Shown: positions 1-11,856 of the stretch, in pieces
Position numbering within the stretch: position 1 is the stretch's first letter
Layout: each line of letters starts with the position of its first letter
DNA from: Yuukianura sp. NJ FZ-2021
Taxonomy: Eukaryota
DNA length: 64,000 nucleotides
Reading direction: 5' to 3'
Assembly (NCBI GenBank): GCA_046563655.1
Contig: CM102284.1
Coordinates: 7,998,001 to 8,062,000 of the forward strand
Made by a program: the position numbers and the translations under genes
Notes under the pieces: model-generated
Database searches by the model: none
What the model was told of the DNA's origin: nothing
What the model saw: the letters and a program-made list of their open reading frames with translations, nothing else

Positions 1-323
1 CAAATAGTTAGGTTTTGTAGTTATTGATTTTTGTAACTACGGAAATTAACTATGAACTTAGCACTTGAAAAATTTTTGGTGGATTTAACTGGACTTTATA
101 GAAGTGGATTTGGATCTTGTGGGATCTCGGAACTTGGGAATGAGATTTACTGCTCCCCAACATCTAACTTTGTACCGTCTACTTGGTGGTACTTTTTCTC
201 CAAAATTTGTGAGCGGTCCTTCTTATCGCTTTTTCGAGCTCGACCCTTCCTTTTTATCTGCAAAAATGGCGATTCTGTAAATGCCGTACCGTGAGGCTTC
301 TCCCTATATAAGACCTATGGCTG

Positions 324-910
324 TTATTAAGTAGCGAAGCTACTTGATACATCGACCTTGTCTGTCTGGCCGTCCGTCTCCGGCAATTATCTTGGAAACG
401 GTTAAACATTTCCGGGATCTGTTTTCACCGGTGGACACCTAGTGACCCGGTGATGTTCACTATTGAATATCATCCCGGTGGGTCAACTCCTTCCGGGTCA
501 AAGGTCAAGGTCAACCGGTTTAATCCCCGGTAACACGGAAAATGACCTCTACAAAACTTGTTCGTCTCATCGAGTGCAACAACTTTTGTGTACATTACAT
601 GACCCCAAGTGACCTCCCTCCGGGTCAAAGGTCAACTTTTTTATTTTAGCGTTCTCCTGTTGTCCCATTGGAAGAAGTTGTGGAACCCACCCCCACTTTC
701 CCGGGTGAACCCATCTCTACTCTCCAGGGGGAACCTGTTTCCATTCCCCCCGGGGGAACCCATCTCCACTCCCCCGGGGATCTCCGGGGAACCCATTTCT
801 ACTCACTCGGGAAAGGGCGGCGGAAAAGTGGGGGAAACCCACCCCCACTCCCGGGGGGGGGGGCGCTATCTTCGCTACTTACGTACACCGGTTTACAACC
901 GTTTATTTGT
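324..910 (+). mobile_element. Helentron-associated / DINE-1-like non-autonomous element
   Basis: Subterminal inverted repeat AAGTAGCGAAG (329-339) / CTTCGCTACTT (870-880); 5' hairpin AAGTAGC-GAA-GCTACTT; GTCT/GTCC microsatellite (~359-380); 3' stem-loop CGGTT-TAC-AACCG (889-901) followed by a T-rich end; internal GAACCCATCTCYACT-type repeats at 684-803. Outer boundaries approximate. Confidence 0.65.
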
Positions 911-1492
911 TAAGAAAATGAGCGCGATTAAAAGAAATTCCACTAAAAAAAATACCGTCATTACATAAAAGAAATTAATAATTAAAACAAAACGGCAATA
1001 CTTCCATAAAAATTAAAAATTGATGGCAGTCAAAACGATTCGTCATGTTTTTATTAAAATTTTTACTTAACATGTACGTGTTGTTCAGCGAAAAGTAGAC
1101 ACCAACAAACTCAAAAGTTTGTTTATTTTCAAAATTCTGGGGGGTTATGAGTACCAAATTCAAAAAAAAAATAACCTGCGCAATATAAATTCGTTTAAAC
1201 GTGTCGTTTGTTGGCCTCAATCTCCCCCCAGAAATCGCAAATTTTAGAAAAAATGCCATGGAAACAATTTTGGGGTGTCTACTTTTCGCTGAACAGACAC
1301 AAACTACAAACTTTTTGAATTTTGAAGTAATTTTTTTTTTCAAAAAAAAAACTGTGTAGTACGGACGGGTTACAGAGAGCAGGAAGTATGTACTAAGGTA
1401 TGCGTTGTTAATTACTCAAGCTGTCACTTTCTTAATTTTCAAAATTTTCTTAAAAAGTCAAAATTTTCAATTTTTTTTTGAAATGGAGGTGA

Positions 1493-3174
1493 CTAGCGTG
1501 GCGGTTCGGTTTGATTTTTCCAGGACTGGTGGTAGGCCTTGAGTCTGTCCCAGAAAACGAGCATCAGGAGGGAGTAAGGACCTTGTCTGAAATCAAATTT
1601 CAAAATTTCGAAAATGAAATTCTGAAAAAAAAAGTTTAGTTTTTGCGAAAAAGAAAGTGACCTAAAGTAGCAGGCTGTGAAGCCCTTGAAAAAGGCGAGA
1701 AGCCCTTCAGATCTGTAAACCTTCACTATACATTCCAGAACTGATTTGTACAAGACCCCTGTAACATAAAGTACGAGAAAATAATTTACATAAATAAATC
1801 TATAATTTATATAAATAAATGAATTAAATATTATAATAAAAGTTAAGTACCTTTGCCCTGGGCATTTGTCTTCTGATTGTAGAATCGCGTTGCAATCAAG
1901 TCAAAGGGAGCCATACACACGGCCATGAAAAATCCAGCAGTAAAACACGCCGAAATCAAAGCTGCCCACGGACGGTCCGGAAATTGAAATTTCATGAACT
2001 CTGAAAAAATGAAATTCAAATTGCAAAAAAACTTAAAATTTCATGAATTCTGAAAAATGAAATTCAAAATTGAAAGAAAAAAAGCTCAAAATTGTGATCC
2101 CAAAGTCTCAAAACACTTTCCTAACTGCAGTACAAGCTTTACTAAACTTTAGGTAACAAAGTTTAAAACTTAAGTTTGACTCAAAGATTCGATACCATAC
2201 CAGATTCTTTTTTCAAAAGAATTTTCAAAATTTTCAAAAACGAATCTCACCTTTACTTTTTTCGAAACTGATCAACTGCACAGCACTTGCCGCTGCAATT
2301 CTAGGAACCATGATGCTGGATCCTCTCCAGAGACCCAGCACTCCGCCTTCCCTGTAAATCGTCCTAAATGCTCCCAGCATTCCGCTGTGTTGATGCTGCG
2401 TACCAACGGCAATTGCTTCATTGGCTTTCGACTGCAGATGAGTTTTGACCTGGGTTAAAGCAAAATTCGTTGAAGTTTATTGAAATTGTGAAATTTTTCA
2501 GAATTTCGAATTGTAAAAAAAAATGTGTTACACTGTCCTCTCCCATTTATTCCATGTGCAAAATCCAAAACAAATTCAATTGACAAATACAAAACTCGCA
2601 CCCGTAACATTGGCGGTGAACTGGCAAAATGAAACGTAAAATGCCAAATGGGGGAATTGCCAATGACAATTTGACCTCAGACTCACGTAATCTTCTAACC
2701 CCAGTGTAATACAATTCGAATTTGTTTTGTATTTGGCAAATGGAATAAATGGGAGAGGACAGTGTACCAGGAAGAATGGTGAACAGAATACCCCACCGAT
2801 GCCACCACAAGCCATGGCAACCAAAAACGTTTTAAAAGTGTTGACACCGCCATCTCGATCTGTCGTAAGTCCGCGCTGAGCAGCCACTTCGTAAAAGCCA
2901 AGCCTCGCAGTGTTGCATACAAACTGGTAGCAGACGAAGGGTACCAGTCCCTTCTGCAGGGCAAAGATACCGTCTTTCGTGGCAACTTGGTAAGTCGCGC
3001 GGAAAACGTTTCTAAAACGATAAAGTATATAAATAAAATAATAAATTAATTTAATATTATATTATTTACTGGTAATACCTGTAATGGACACTGTAGTTCC
3101 CTTTGGCTTGGAGTTCTCCTTGTAGCTGAATTCTAATCTTGATAACTTCTAGAGAATTGCAAATCGCTCCTGTC
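1493..3174 (-). CDS. SLC25A35: SLC25A34/35-like mitochondrial carrier (spliced; start codon not located)
   Basis: Exons 3174-3079, 3011-2768, 2449-2251, 2000-1851, 1758-1662, 1586-1493 join in frame with GT-AG. Translation includes NSLEVIKIRIQLQGELQAKGNYSVHYR, SPFFLVKTHLQS..AIAVGTQHQH, PFDLIATRFYNQ and YRSEGLLAFFKG..YFRQGPY, i.e. carrier repeats matching the SLC25A34/35 subfamily. Confidence 0.85.
2531..2764. mobile_element. 234-bp Tc1/mariner-type MITE (TA TSD) in SLC25A35-like intron
   Basis: TIR CACTGTCCTCTCCCATTTATTCCAT / ATGGAATAAATGGGAGAGGACAGTG flanked by TA at 2529-2530 and 2765-2766; internal sequence homologous (inverted) to 13199-13432. Confidence 0.9.
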
Positions 3175-3571
3175 CTGAAATTAATCCGAATTTTTTATAT
3201 TTGAATCCGTATTGCAATCGGTGAACAGTAAAGTCCGCTAAACCGTTGTGGTGGTGATACGACTGCAGCGGAAGAGCGGGAAGGAAAGGTAAAGTAAAGT
3301 TGTGATTTCCCTTGAATTTGATGTTTCTTGTGTGTTCGTGTTGTGCAGTCGATACTCTCGTTGTCCATTGGTTATAAAGAAATGACGGTTGATTAGATTT
3401 AAGGACGACAAATTGACATGGAGCAAGACAATAATCTCGGGGTCAAGGGGTCAGCATCCAAAAGCAGTCAATTTGTGAGTCAAGTCAACACTCGTGCTTA
3501 AGTCTAGGTTTACATGGAGGGATGGACATTTCCTGTTCTGTAATTTCTGTTTTGTTTTAGGCTTAAAACGA

Positions 3572-6500
3572 ATGGATCAGCATCACCCCAAAGACTGTGA
3601 GCAAGGTAAAGGACGAAGTTGGACTAACAGTATTAGGAAGCAGGAAAATTCATCGCTCGTTGGAGGTGTGACAAGGAAGACAAACGATGCTGGGCGGATC
3701 GGTACTTCTGTCAACGTACATAATGCTGCTGCATCCCAGTGGGGTCCTCCGATTGACCCGAATGTGAATCCGAGTCGAGTTACCTTACCATTTTCAATTG
3801 ACGGAGGAAGAGAACGAAGAAGATCAGGAGTTGAGGACTACTGTGGTGATAACAAAGAATGCTCAACTGAGAAGAATTTCCTGGACAAGTTCCGTTTGCA
3901 GACTTCTGGCCACTACTTCTGGCGCCCTAGAGTGAGAAGTCGCAGTTTGATCACCAGTCCAGCGAATACTTCTTACACTCCACCTTACAGTTGTTCTCCA
4001 AGTGCCAACTCTGAAATCCTCTTTGGTAACTTCAATGTCCACTCCAAAAGTCAAGATGGCCAACCGGTTCGTCCGAAATCCAAGAAGTGGTACTCTTTTA
4101 GCAATCTGCTGAGCCGGTCATCCTTCAAGGGCCTCCTCACCTCCCGATCTCGCTTATCCGTGTCCTCAATTTTTACGACCAACAGTGACGTGACTCCCAC
4201 CGAACCGTCGGACTTTGGATTTCCGAGTTGTCCCACTCATCAAGTTGTGCCGGCCTCTCCATCTCCTTCCTGCGCCACCGTATCAGGCGAATATCCATCT
4301 CGAAACGGTTGTGGATCAGTGATCTTTCGACGGCCTCGATACGCTGCCGCAAGGAGTTCCAGCGTCAACGCTGCTGGCGAAACAAATACTGCCAGTACTT
4401 CAGTGACTGATCAAGCACATACTAAGGAATTGCAGCTAGAACGTGAACCGAGCTACAAAACGAGGCAAAGAGCTCACCGTGTCAGTTGTGGTGACTTTTA
4501 CCCTGGATCTCACGTGCCCACTTCTCCAGGATTCCTCGGCCTGGATTTCCAGTATCATTCTTACAATTACAACAAAAACGGATCTGCTAACAGAAGTTTT
4601 GATGGAATTCCTCAACCGAAACGAACTCTGGGACGAAGTTTACCAACTCTACTAGGCAAGTTTTTCCAAATTTTTATTCTAAAGCTAGAATATTGTTATC
4701 GTTATGAGTGTTTTTGTGTCATTTTTTACTCCAGCATAGATTTTTTTTGCTAACATTTACAACACTCCAATCTGTTTTCGCTTCCTTATGCACTTTACTC
4801 CCACACACTTCTGTTTTTCTGCGAAAAAGCAATCTAGATCCACACAAATTGAGTAAATTGACAATATATGTATGCTCAACTGTTATCGCAAAAAGCTCAG
4901 ACTCGCTTGTAAATTTTAGCACCAGTAATAACAGGGAAGTGGAATTAATATGCGCTGTTTACTTTAAGTTTTTATGCGGAAGAGGGTTAACCATTTCCAT
5001 CCAGAACCAGTCGAGGGAGGTGCCTGGAACAATTCCAGACACTTTTTTTGACTTTTAAGTGGTGACCCAGTTTTGAAGCATAAACAAATGTTGGCCTGAT
5101 TTTTAACAATGGATTGTGAAGGTGAAGGGAACTCAAAATGTGAATCAAAGTTTAATTGTGGTGTGATTTTTCCACTTGCAGAAGCCATGGAGTCTAAAAT
5201 GGACGGAATTGGAGCAGTACAGGATGCATCAGATGGAAATCACGCAACTCCGATCACGGTTGAAACAGTTTCTGAACTTTTGTATCAAGAGTTCCTAATT
5301 TTAACTGGATCCAAAACGCTGGACGATCACTACTTACTCATTTTCCCGGATCGTGGAAACTTTCATCAACTGGGGGACGAACAGTACAAAATGCTTGTCA
5401 AGTATTTGGTTTCAATTCCACCGTAAGCACTGATCTCTTAACAAACTAAAACTAATTTAGAAGGTCAAGGATGTGCTAAAACGATTTTTTTTCGTTTGGT
5501 TTTCAAAGTATGCAAGACGCCGAGGCTGGATTTGTGATCATCATTGACCGACGAAACGACAAGTGGAACTCGGTCAAGACAACATTACTCAAAATTTCGG
5601 TAATTTTTGATTTTGAGCAAACTTTTTTTCATTTCAAAATTTTTACTTTTTTGGTTTTTTGAATTACAGGGATACTTTCCAGGACTGATTCACCGTGTAT
5701 TTGTGCTGCGTCCCCTTGGATTCTTGCAGAAAGCTCTTTCCGAAGTGTCGTCAAAACTTTTTCGCAACGAAAATCTTCGTTTTCGTCTCACCGTGTGCAA
5801 CAACGTGACAGATCTCCTGTCATTTGCCGATTCCACCCAACTGACAATGGAACTCGGTGGGACTTTAGAGTACGACAAGATTCAGTGGGTCCGAGAACGA
5901 GTCGAAGTGGAGTCGTTCCATGCTGCACTCCAGAATTTGTCCAGAGATTTGAAGATTTTTACAGAATCATTTCGTGACATGGAGTACCCAAATGACGCCA
6001 GTGCAACAGAAGCAGTCATTCGACACAGAACTTCGGAATTCAGTATTCTACGATCAGATCTCATCAAGGCTGGTGAGCATGGAGAGAAGATTTTGAAACG
6101 AATCAAGAACGGTGACAATAACAGTAGCAACGGAAGCAGTCTTCCAGTACATTCAGTACTTCCAGCACATCCAGTAGTTCCAGTACTTCCAGTATCAAAG
6201 TCGTCTGTACAATTAGTCAATGTTATTTTACTCGAAAGATTTATTCTACAAATTGAAGAAACTACGAGACTATTTCAAGAGTTTTGGGATAAGGAACTAC
6301 TTGGCCTGGAACGATGCCTCTTCCTAAGGAGGTTTGAGCATGACTTCAAAGAGTTACAGGTGAAAATCAAAATTTCCAGGAATTTTGCAAATTTGAAGAT
6401 TTTGAATTGAAATTTTGATTTCTGTTTCGTTTCAGACTTCTTTTGATCTCCACGTCAAATCTTTGACGGCAATACCCGAAATGGGAGAAAACGTTTTTGA

Positions 6501-8885
6501 AACGGAGCAAATTATTTTGGAAACTGTGAATTATCAAGATTTGACTAAAGGAGATTTAACTACAGCCTTGCAATTGGAAACTGTTGGAAGAGAAATCGTT
6601 TCGTCAAATCCAACAGCAGTTGACATTGTGGAGCCAAAGTGTCTGGAATTGTCCAGAATGGCTTCGCACTTCCGGTTTATCCTTCAAGAAAAACTGACGA
6701 GACAAAAGCAGTGGCGGGAAGTTCAAACTACAATGGAGAAAGTAATTTCAAATTCAAAATTCATCAAAAAGTTAAGTATTTCAACTTACTTTAATTTTTT
6801 GATTTTTGGTTTTAGGCAAATGAACTCTGTACAGAGAGTATCGATTTGTTGAATACTCAGCAGATGAACGAATCACTCGACGAATCTCCGGATTTCGTCA
6901 GCATGAAATCCGCCCTGGACGAACTTTCATCCAAATTGCAATCCAGACTAACTGATCTCACAGCGCTAAAAACAGGCCTAACTTTGTCCAGTGCTTCACA
7001 GGCCAAGACTCTTGTGAAACAAATTGTACGACGAGTGGAGGAAGTGCAAGAATTGGTAGCCAAAAGACACTTGGTAGTACTGCAACAACTGGACAAGAAG
7101 CAAAGTGGACCATTTTTGAAGTGTCGCCGTGCTTCTGGAACTTTCTTTGAGTCGAGTAGATCCTCCAAGGCTTTTTCAGAAGACCAATCAGACGGATCTT
7201 CAATGAGCTCAATAACCAAAGCCTCTTTGTCATCTACGACATCGTCAGATGGAAGTCAGAATGGAAAGAGTTTTGAAGACGATGGACAGGAGAAACAAGT
7301 GAAGAGATTCCATGTTCTCCAGGAACTGCTCCACACGGAACAAACCTATGTTGAGGAAATTGGACTCATTTTGACGGTAATCGATCAAAGAACGTTGATT
7401 AATCGAAACTGAAAACCTAATTTAATTAGTTCTGTATGTAGGGATATCGAGATCAGGTGACGAATATGGATGTCCAGGGAATCGTTCCAAGTCAGCTGAT
7501 AGATTCACATGATAAATCCAAGCCCGGCAAAAATGTGTCTGTTTTGTTTTGTAATCTGGAAGAAATCTATGCATTTCACTCGAAGATCTTTTTGCCTGAT
7601 CTGACAGTGTGTGTGGAATCGATTGAATTGGTGGCCCTCTGCTTTATTCAAAGGGTATGGTAACATCGATTCAATTTTTAAAAACGTTTTTTGAACGTTG
7701 TTGTGGAATTTTTGATTTTGTTTTTAGCATTCTGACTTCTTGGCGATGTACAGCGACTACTGTCAACTGAAGGGCGCTTCTGACATTTTGTTGAAAGAAA
7801 TCGGCGAAGGTCATCCTTGGTTGGTTTGGTGTCAAGAGAAGCTGGGTCACCGCCTCTCTCTGAGTTCCTATTTGCTCAAACCAGTTCAACGGATTACAAA
7901 GTATCATCTCCTCCTCGGCGTAAGTTTTGGATTCTAAAGTTGGATATACTCGATAAAATTTTATATCGCGTTCGATAAACCTAGATATCGCCGATATTCT
8001 ACACCTTCACGTTATGATAACTTTGTTTTTTTCTAGAACCTGGTAAAGTATTCTCAAATGTGTGGAGGATACCATGAACTGACGGAGGCGGTTGACTGCA
8101 TGGTTGTAGTTGTCCGAAGTGTCAACGATGCAATGCACCAACTTCAAATTCGCGGATATCCGGTAATTGGATAATCGAATTTGGATAATCAAATGTTAAG
8201 TTAACTAAAATTGTGACTGTGACATTTTTTAACTTTCCAGGGGAAGATGTCCAGTGAGGGACCGTTGATTCTGCAAGGTCAGTTTGCAGTTTGGATTGAA
8301 ACTGCCAAGAATCGCCTGAGTCTGAAGTGTCACCAGCGCTACCTGTTCCTCCACCACAAGTCAATTCTAGTCTGCAAGAAAACAGGGTCCCAGTCCACTC
8401 TGTGCTACGAATTTAAAAACAAAATCAATCTGAGTGAAGTTGGAATCACAGAAGAACCGAAAGGGTCTGGAACTGCCAAGAAGTTTGAGATTTGGTTGCA
8501 GGGGAGACAAGAAGTGTTTCTGTTCCAAGCTCCCACGAGGGAGGTCAAGGTCGCCTGGGTCACCGCCATCAAGAAACTACTTATGGAACAACTCCAGTAT
8601 TTGAGAGAGGCCAAGGGCAGCACAACTCCTACTCAACTCACTCCTAACTTTCAGTCTGTCTCTATGTCCGCTCCACCAAAGTCTACGAGATTCACGAAAG
8701 CCAATACACTCAACGGACATTGGGCACAACCTAGTCATTCGTAAGCCAAAGTTTTAATTGAGATTAACTAATTAATTAAGTTGATTAATTAGTTAAGTTG
8801 GTGTTTTAGGACGCACCGACAGTCGTACCAAGAAAGGCCCAGAAGTTGTTCCGGTGTTGAAGCCGATTTTGACGATGATCTCTAA
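3572..8885 (+). CDS. MCF2L/DBS-like Rho guanine nucleotide exchange factor (Sec14-like, spectrin repeats, DH, PH)
   Basis: Exons 3572-4655, 5182-5422, 5509-5599, 5670-6359, 6436-6741, 6816-7376, 7442-7654, 7728-7919, 8037-8162, 8241-8740, 8810-8885 join in frame. Sec14-like GFVIIIDRRNDKWNSVKTTLLKISGYFPG; DH motifs HVLQELLHTEQTYVEEI and LSSYLLKPVQRITKYHLLL; PH motifs GPLILQGQF and WVTAIKKLL. The link of the first (Ser-rich) exon needs a GC donor and is less certain. Confidence 0.88.
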
Positions 8886-9236
8886 AACTGCCCGCCCGAA
8901 CTGAAATAGTTATTTCCTTCCGTGGATGATAATAATTAACCAGTGTTAATTTTAATTAATTAACTACATTAATTAACGGTGGTTTATTTACGTAATGTTC
9001 CCATTTATTTTCATTTATTACGTCATTTAATTTATTTTAAGCTTTCCAGAGGCTTTTGGACTCCAATGTCCATAGAATTATCCAGAGAAATCCAGAAAAA
9101 TGTGGAATTAAAAATGCATCTATTGCGTTTCCATGGCAACGTTCTATAACTTTGTTCGTGACAGACTTTTCTAAACAACGGTAGAAAGTTTTTTTGGACA
9201 AAAAGGTTTCTCCAAATCCGAAATTGGCCTGAAACA

Positions 9237-11705
9237 ATGTCAAGGTAAGAAAAACTTTACATTTTTTAAAAATACTTTGAACTTGAAGTGCTGTTTTAAA
9301 ATTTTGGTGGTTTTATTTTTGAGGAGTCGTTACGACGGAATGTCTTTTCAGCAGCGTGATTGTCTTTCTTGTCGAAGTTGTCCCTGTCCACCTCCTCCTG
9401 GTGGTCCATCCGAGGGAACAGGGAAGCAGCAGTACCAAAGTGGATGTGTCCCAAGATACTGCGACATTTTAGATGCTGGCAAGTACATTTTAGATACTGG
9501 CAAGTATCTCAAAACAGTATTTTAACATTCATGATTTACTAATTGCAGGAGTGGAAGGGAATCCAGAGATGCTGCAGGACATAATCAAGGACATGCAATG
9601 TGTTTTAGAAAAACTGTTTGGAAATTCCAAGAACATGGAAGGACGAAACAAGGGCCTTCTCGTAAGTAAAACTGTAATTTTTTGAACTTTCGGAATTTTT
9701 TTTATTCTTTTTGAAATTTTTTGAACCTTTTTGGAACATTTTGTTACTTTTTAGAGCAAGATCGCTGCTTTGAAAGAGGAACTAGCAAAATTGGAGGAGT
9801 GTAAAGCCCTACTGCAGAAGGAGCTGTGTCGTATCCAGGGTGAATTGATAACAGCGCAGAAAGCGTATGAAGATGAAGTGGATCAGCGTCTGTGCCTGGA
9901 AGAAGTGAATAGTCAACTGAGGCAGCGATTGAGTCGACTGGAAGCAGCGGCTGAAATTGATGCGAAAGAGAAAGATGAGTTGGCTGCGTGTATTTTGGAG
10001 ATGGAACGACGCTTGAAAGACGCTTACGACATGATCGAGTGCCTCAAAGACGAAAATGCTAAACTTCTGGCCAAACTAAGGGAACTGGAAGACTGGAAGT
10101 CTCGACAGGGAAACAACAACAAGCTAAACAAGGGACTTTGTTCGCAGTTGGAAGAGGCACTGGCCAAGTGCTGTAAGTCTTCCTCTTCACAAAATTTCGA
10201 AAAATTTTTGAAACTTAAAAAAAAATTCCAGAATTGTAACTTTGATTTTTAGGTAAAGCTAACGAAGAACTGCAGCGTGAACTGGCCGCACTGCGCAAGG
10301 AACGCGACGACCTTCAGCAATGCATCGAAAATCTAAAGAAAGAACTCAAGCGTCTTTGTGTAAGTTCCTTGTTCTAAATTTTAAAATATTGAAATTCTAT
10401 TTCTATGGAGGGGCATGGATGACTCCAAAGATAAATTATTTTTAATTAATTTAAAGAAAAATTTTTTCTAAATAAAAATATTTTATTACAAAAAGAAATA
10501 TTTTTCCAAAAAAAAAGAAAGTTTTTTTCTTAAAAAGATATTTTTTTTATTAAAACAAAATTTTGTGCTGTAAAAAGTTTTATTTTTATATTTTTAAAAA
10601 TATTTTAGTGTCTGAACAAGAAAAAACATTTTTTTTTATAAAATAAGAATTTTTTTTCAGTTGAGCACATTTTTTTTTATTTTTGGCCGGAAATATTTTT
10701 TTTGTGTACCAATGTGCTGAAAAAAACTTTTTAAAACTAGCACATCACAACGTCGTGATTTCTGTCTTGGTTGCTGTAAACCAGACGTACGCTTTCTGTG
10801 ATCACACAATCTAAATAATACACAGTTTCCTTCCTTGTTTCATGCTATCATTTTAATTGTACTTATCATTAAGTCATTGTCACGAAACCCAAAGGAGCGA
10901 ATGTAAATAAGTCGTATGCTATGAGCGCGAAAACTTTAGAATGAGCTTAACTTAACTTTTTTTCAGCACATTGGTACACAAAAAAAAATATTTCCGGCCA
11001 AAAATAAAAAAAATGTGCTCAACTAAAAAAAAATTCTTATCTTATAAAAAAAATGTTTTTTCTTGTTCAGACACTAAAATATTTTTAAAAATATAAAAAT
11101 AAAACTTTTTACAGCACAAAATTTTGTTTTAATAAAAAAAATATCTTTTTAAGAAAAAAACTTTCTTTTTTGGAAAAATATTTCTTTTTGTAATAAAATA
11201 TTTTTATTTAGAAAAATTTTTTCTTTAAATTAATTAAAAATTATTCATCTTTGGAGTCATCAATACCCCTCCATATATTTCAAAATTCTGGAATTTCAAA
11301 AGTTCATTTTCTGAAAGTGGAAATTTTTGTTTTTAGGATGAATTTGAGCGAGAACGAAAGGAATGGGCCCAGAGACGAGCAGCCTACGAGAAGACAATTG
11401 CTGAACTGAAGAAAGCACTGGACGCTCAGACGCTGAAAAATCAACAAATGTGTGAAAAGTTGCACCGCGCTCTGACGGAACATCACACGGAAATGGAAAA
11501 AATGAAGAGTTCGGCTCAAAGTTTCTGTAATTCGTACAATCAAGAGAAAGCAGCACGGGAGGAACTGGAGAAGAAACTGAGGGAATGCGAAGAGCGGAAC
11601 CTCAATTCCGGAAGTTTCCGAGGAGCCGAACCGAGTTCGTACTCGTGCGGAAACTTCCGTCCAGGTTGTCGCCCTTGTGAAACGAACAACTTCACTTGTT
11701 CCTAA
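9237..11705 (+). CDS. Uncharacterised Cys-rich coiled-coil protein
   Basis: Exons 9237-9244, 9324-9478 (or -9499), 9549-9661, 9755-10172, 10253-10359, 11337-11705 join in frame; long E/K/L/R-rich heptad region with Cys/Pro-rich head (CLSCRSCPCPPPP) and tail (CGNFRPGCRPC). Confidence 0.75.
10406..11273. mobile_element. Foldback element with ~320-bp near-perfect AT-rich arms (TA flanks) in coiled-coil gene intron
   Basis: Left arm ~10406-10726 (TGGAGGGG..GATGACTCCAAAGAT..TGTACCAATGTGCTGAAAAAAA) is the reverse complement of ~10957-11273; ~230-bp spacer; TA at 10404-10405 and 11274-11275. Confidence 0.9.
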
Positions 11706-11856
11706 AATTCAATTGGAAACTGAAAGTTCATCACTGGGTAAAGCTTCTTATTTAAAATCATTAACACCTTTTAGCTAAACTACTAAATTGTGAGGAGGTT
11801 AAAGCCAGTATCAACAAAAGAGAAAGCAAAAGAGAGATTAAACTTAATTAATTAAC

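Noticed and set aside
146-257. Possible minus-strand terminal exon (IKRKGRARKSDKK..VGEQ*)
   Set aside because: Acceptor-like sequence is present, but there is no recognisable homology or upstream partner exon.
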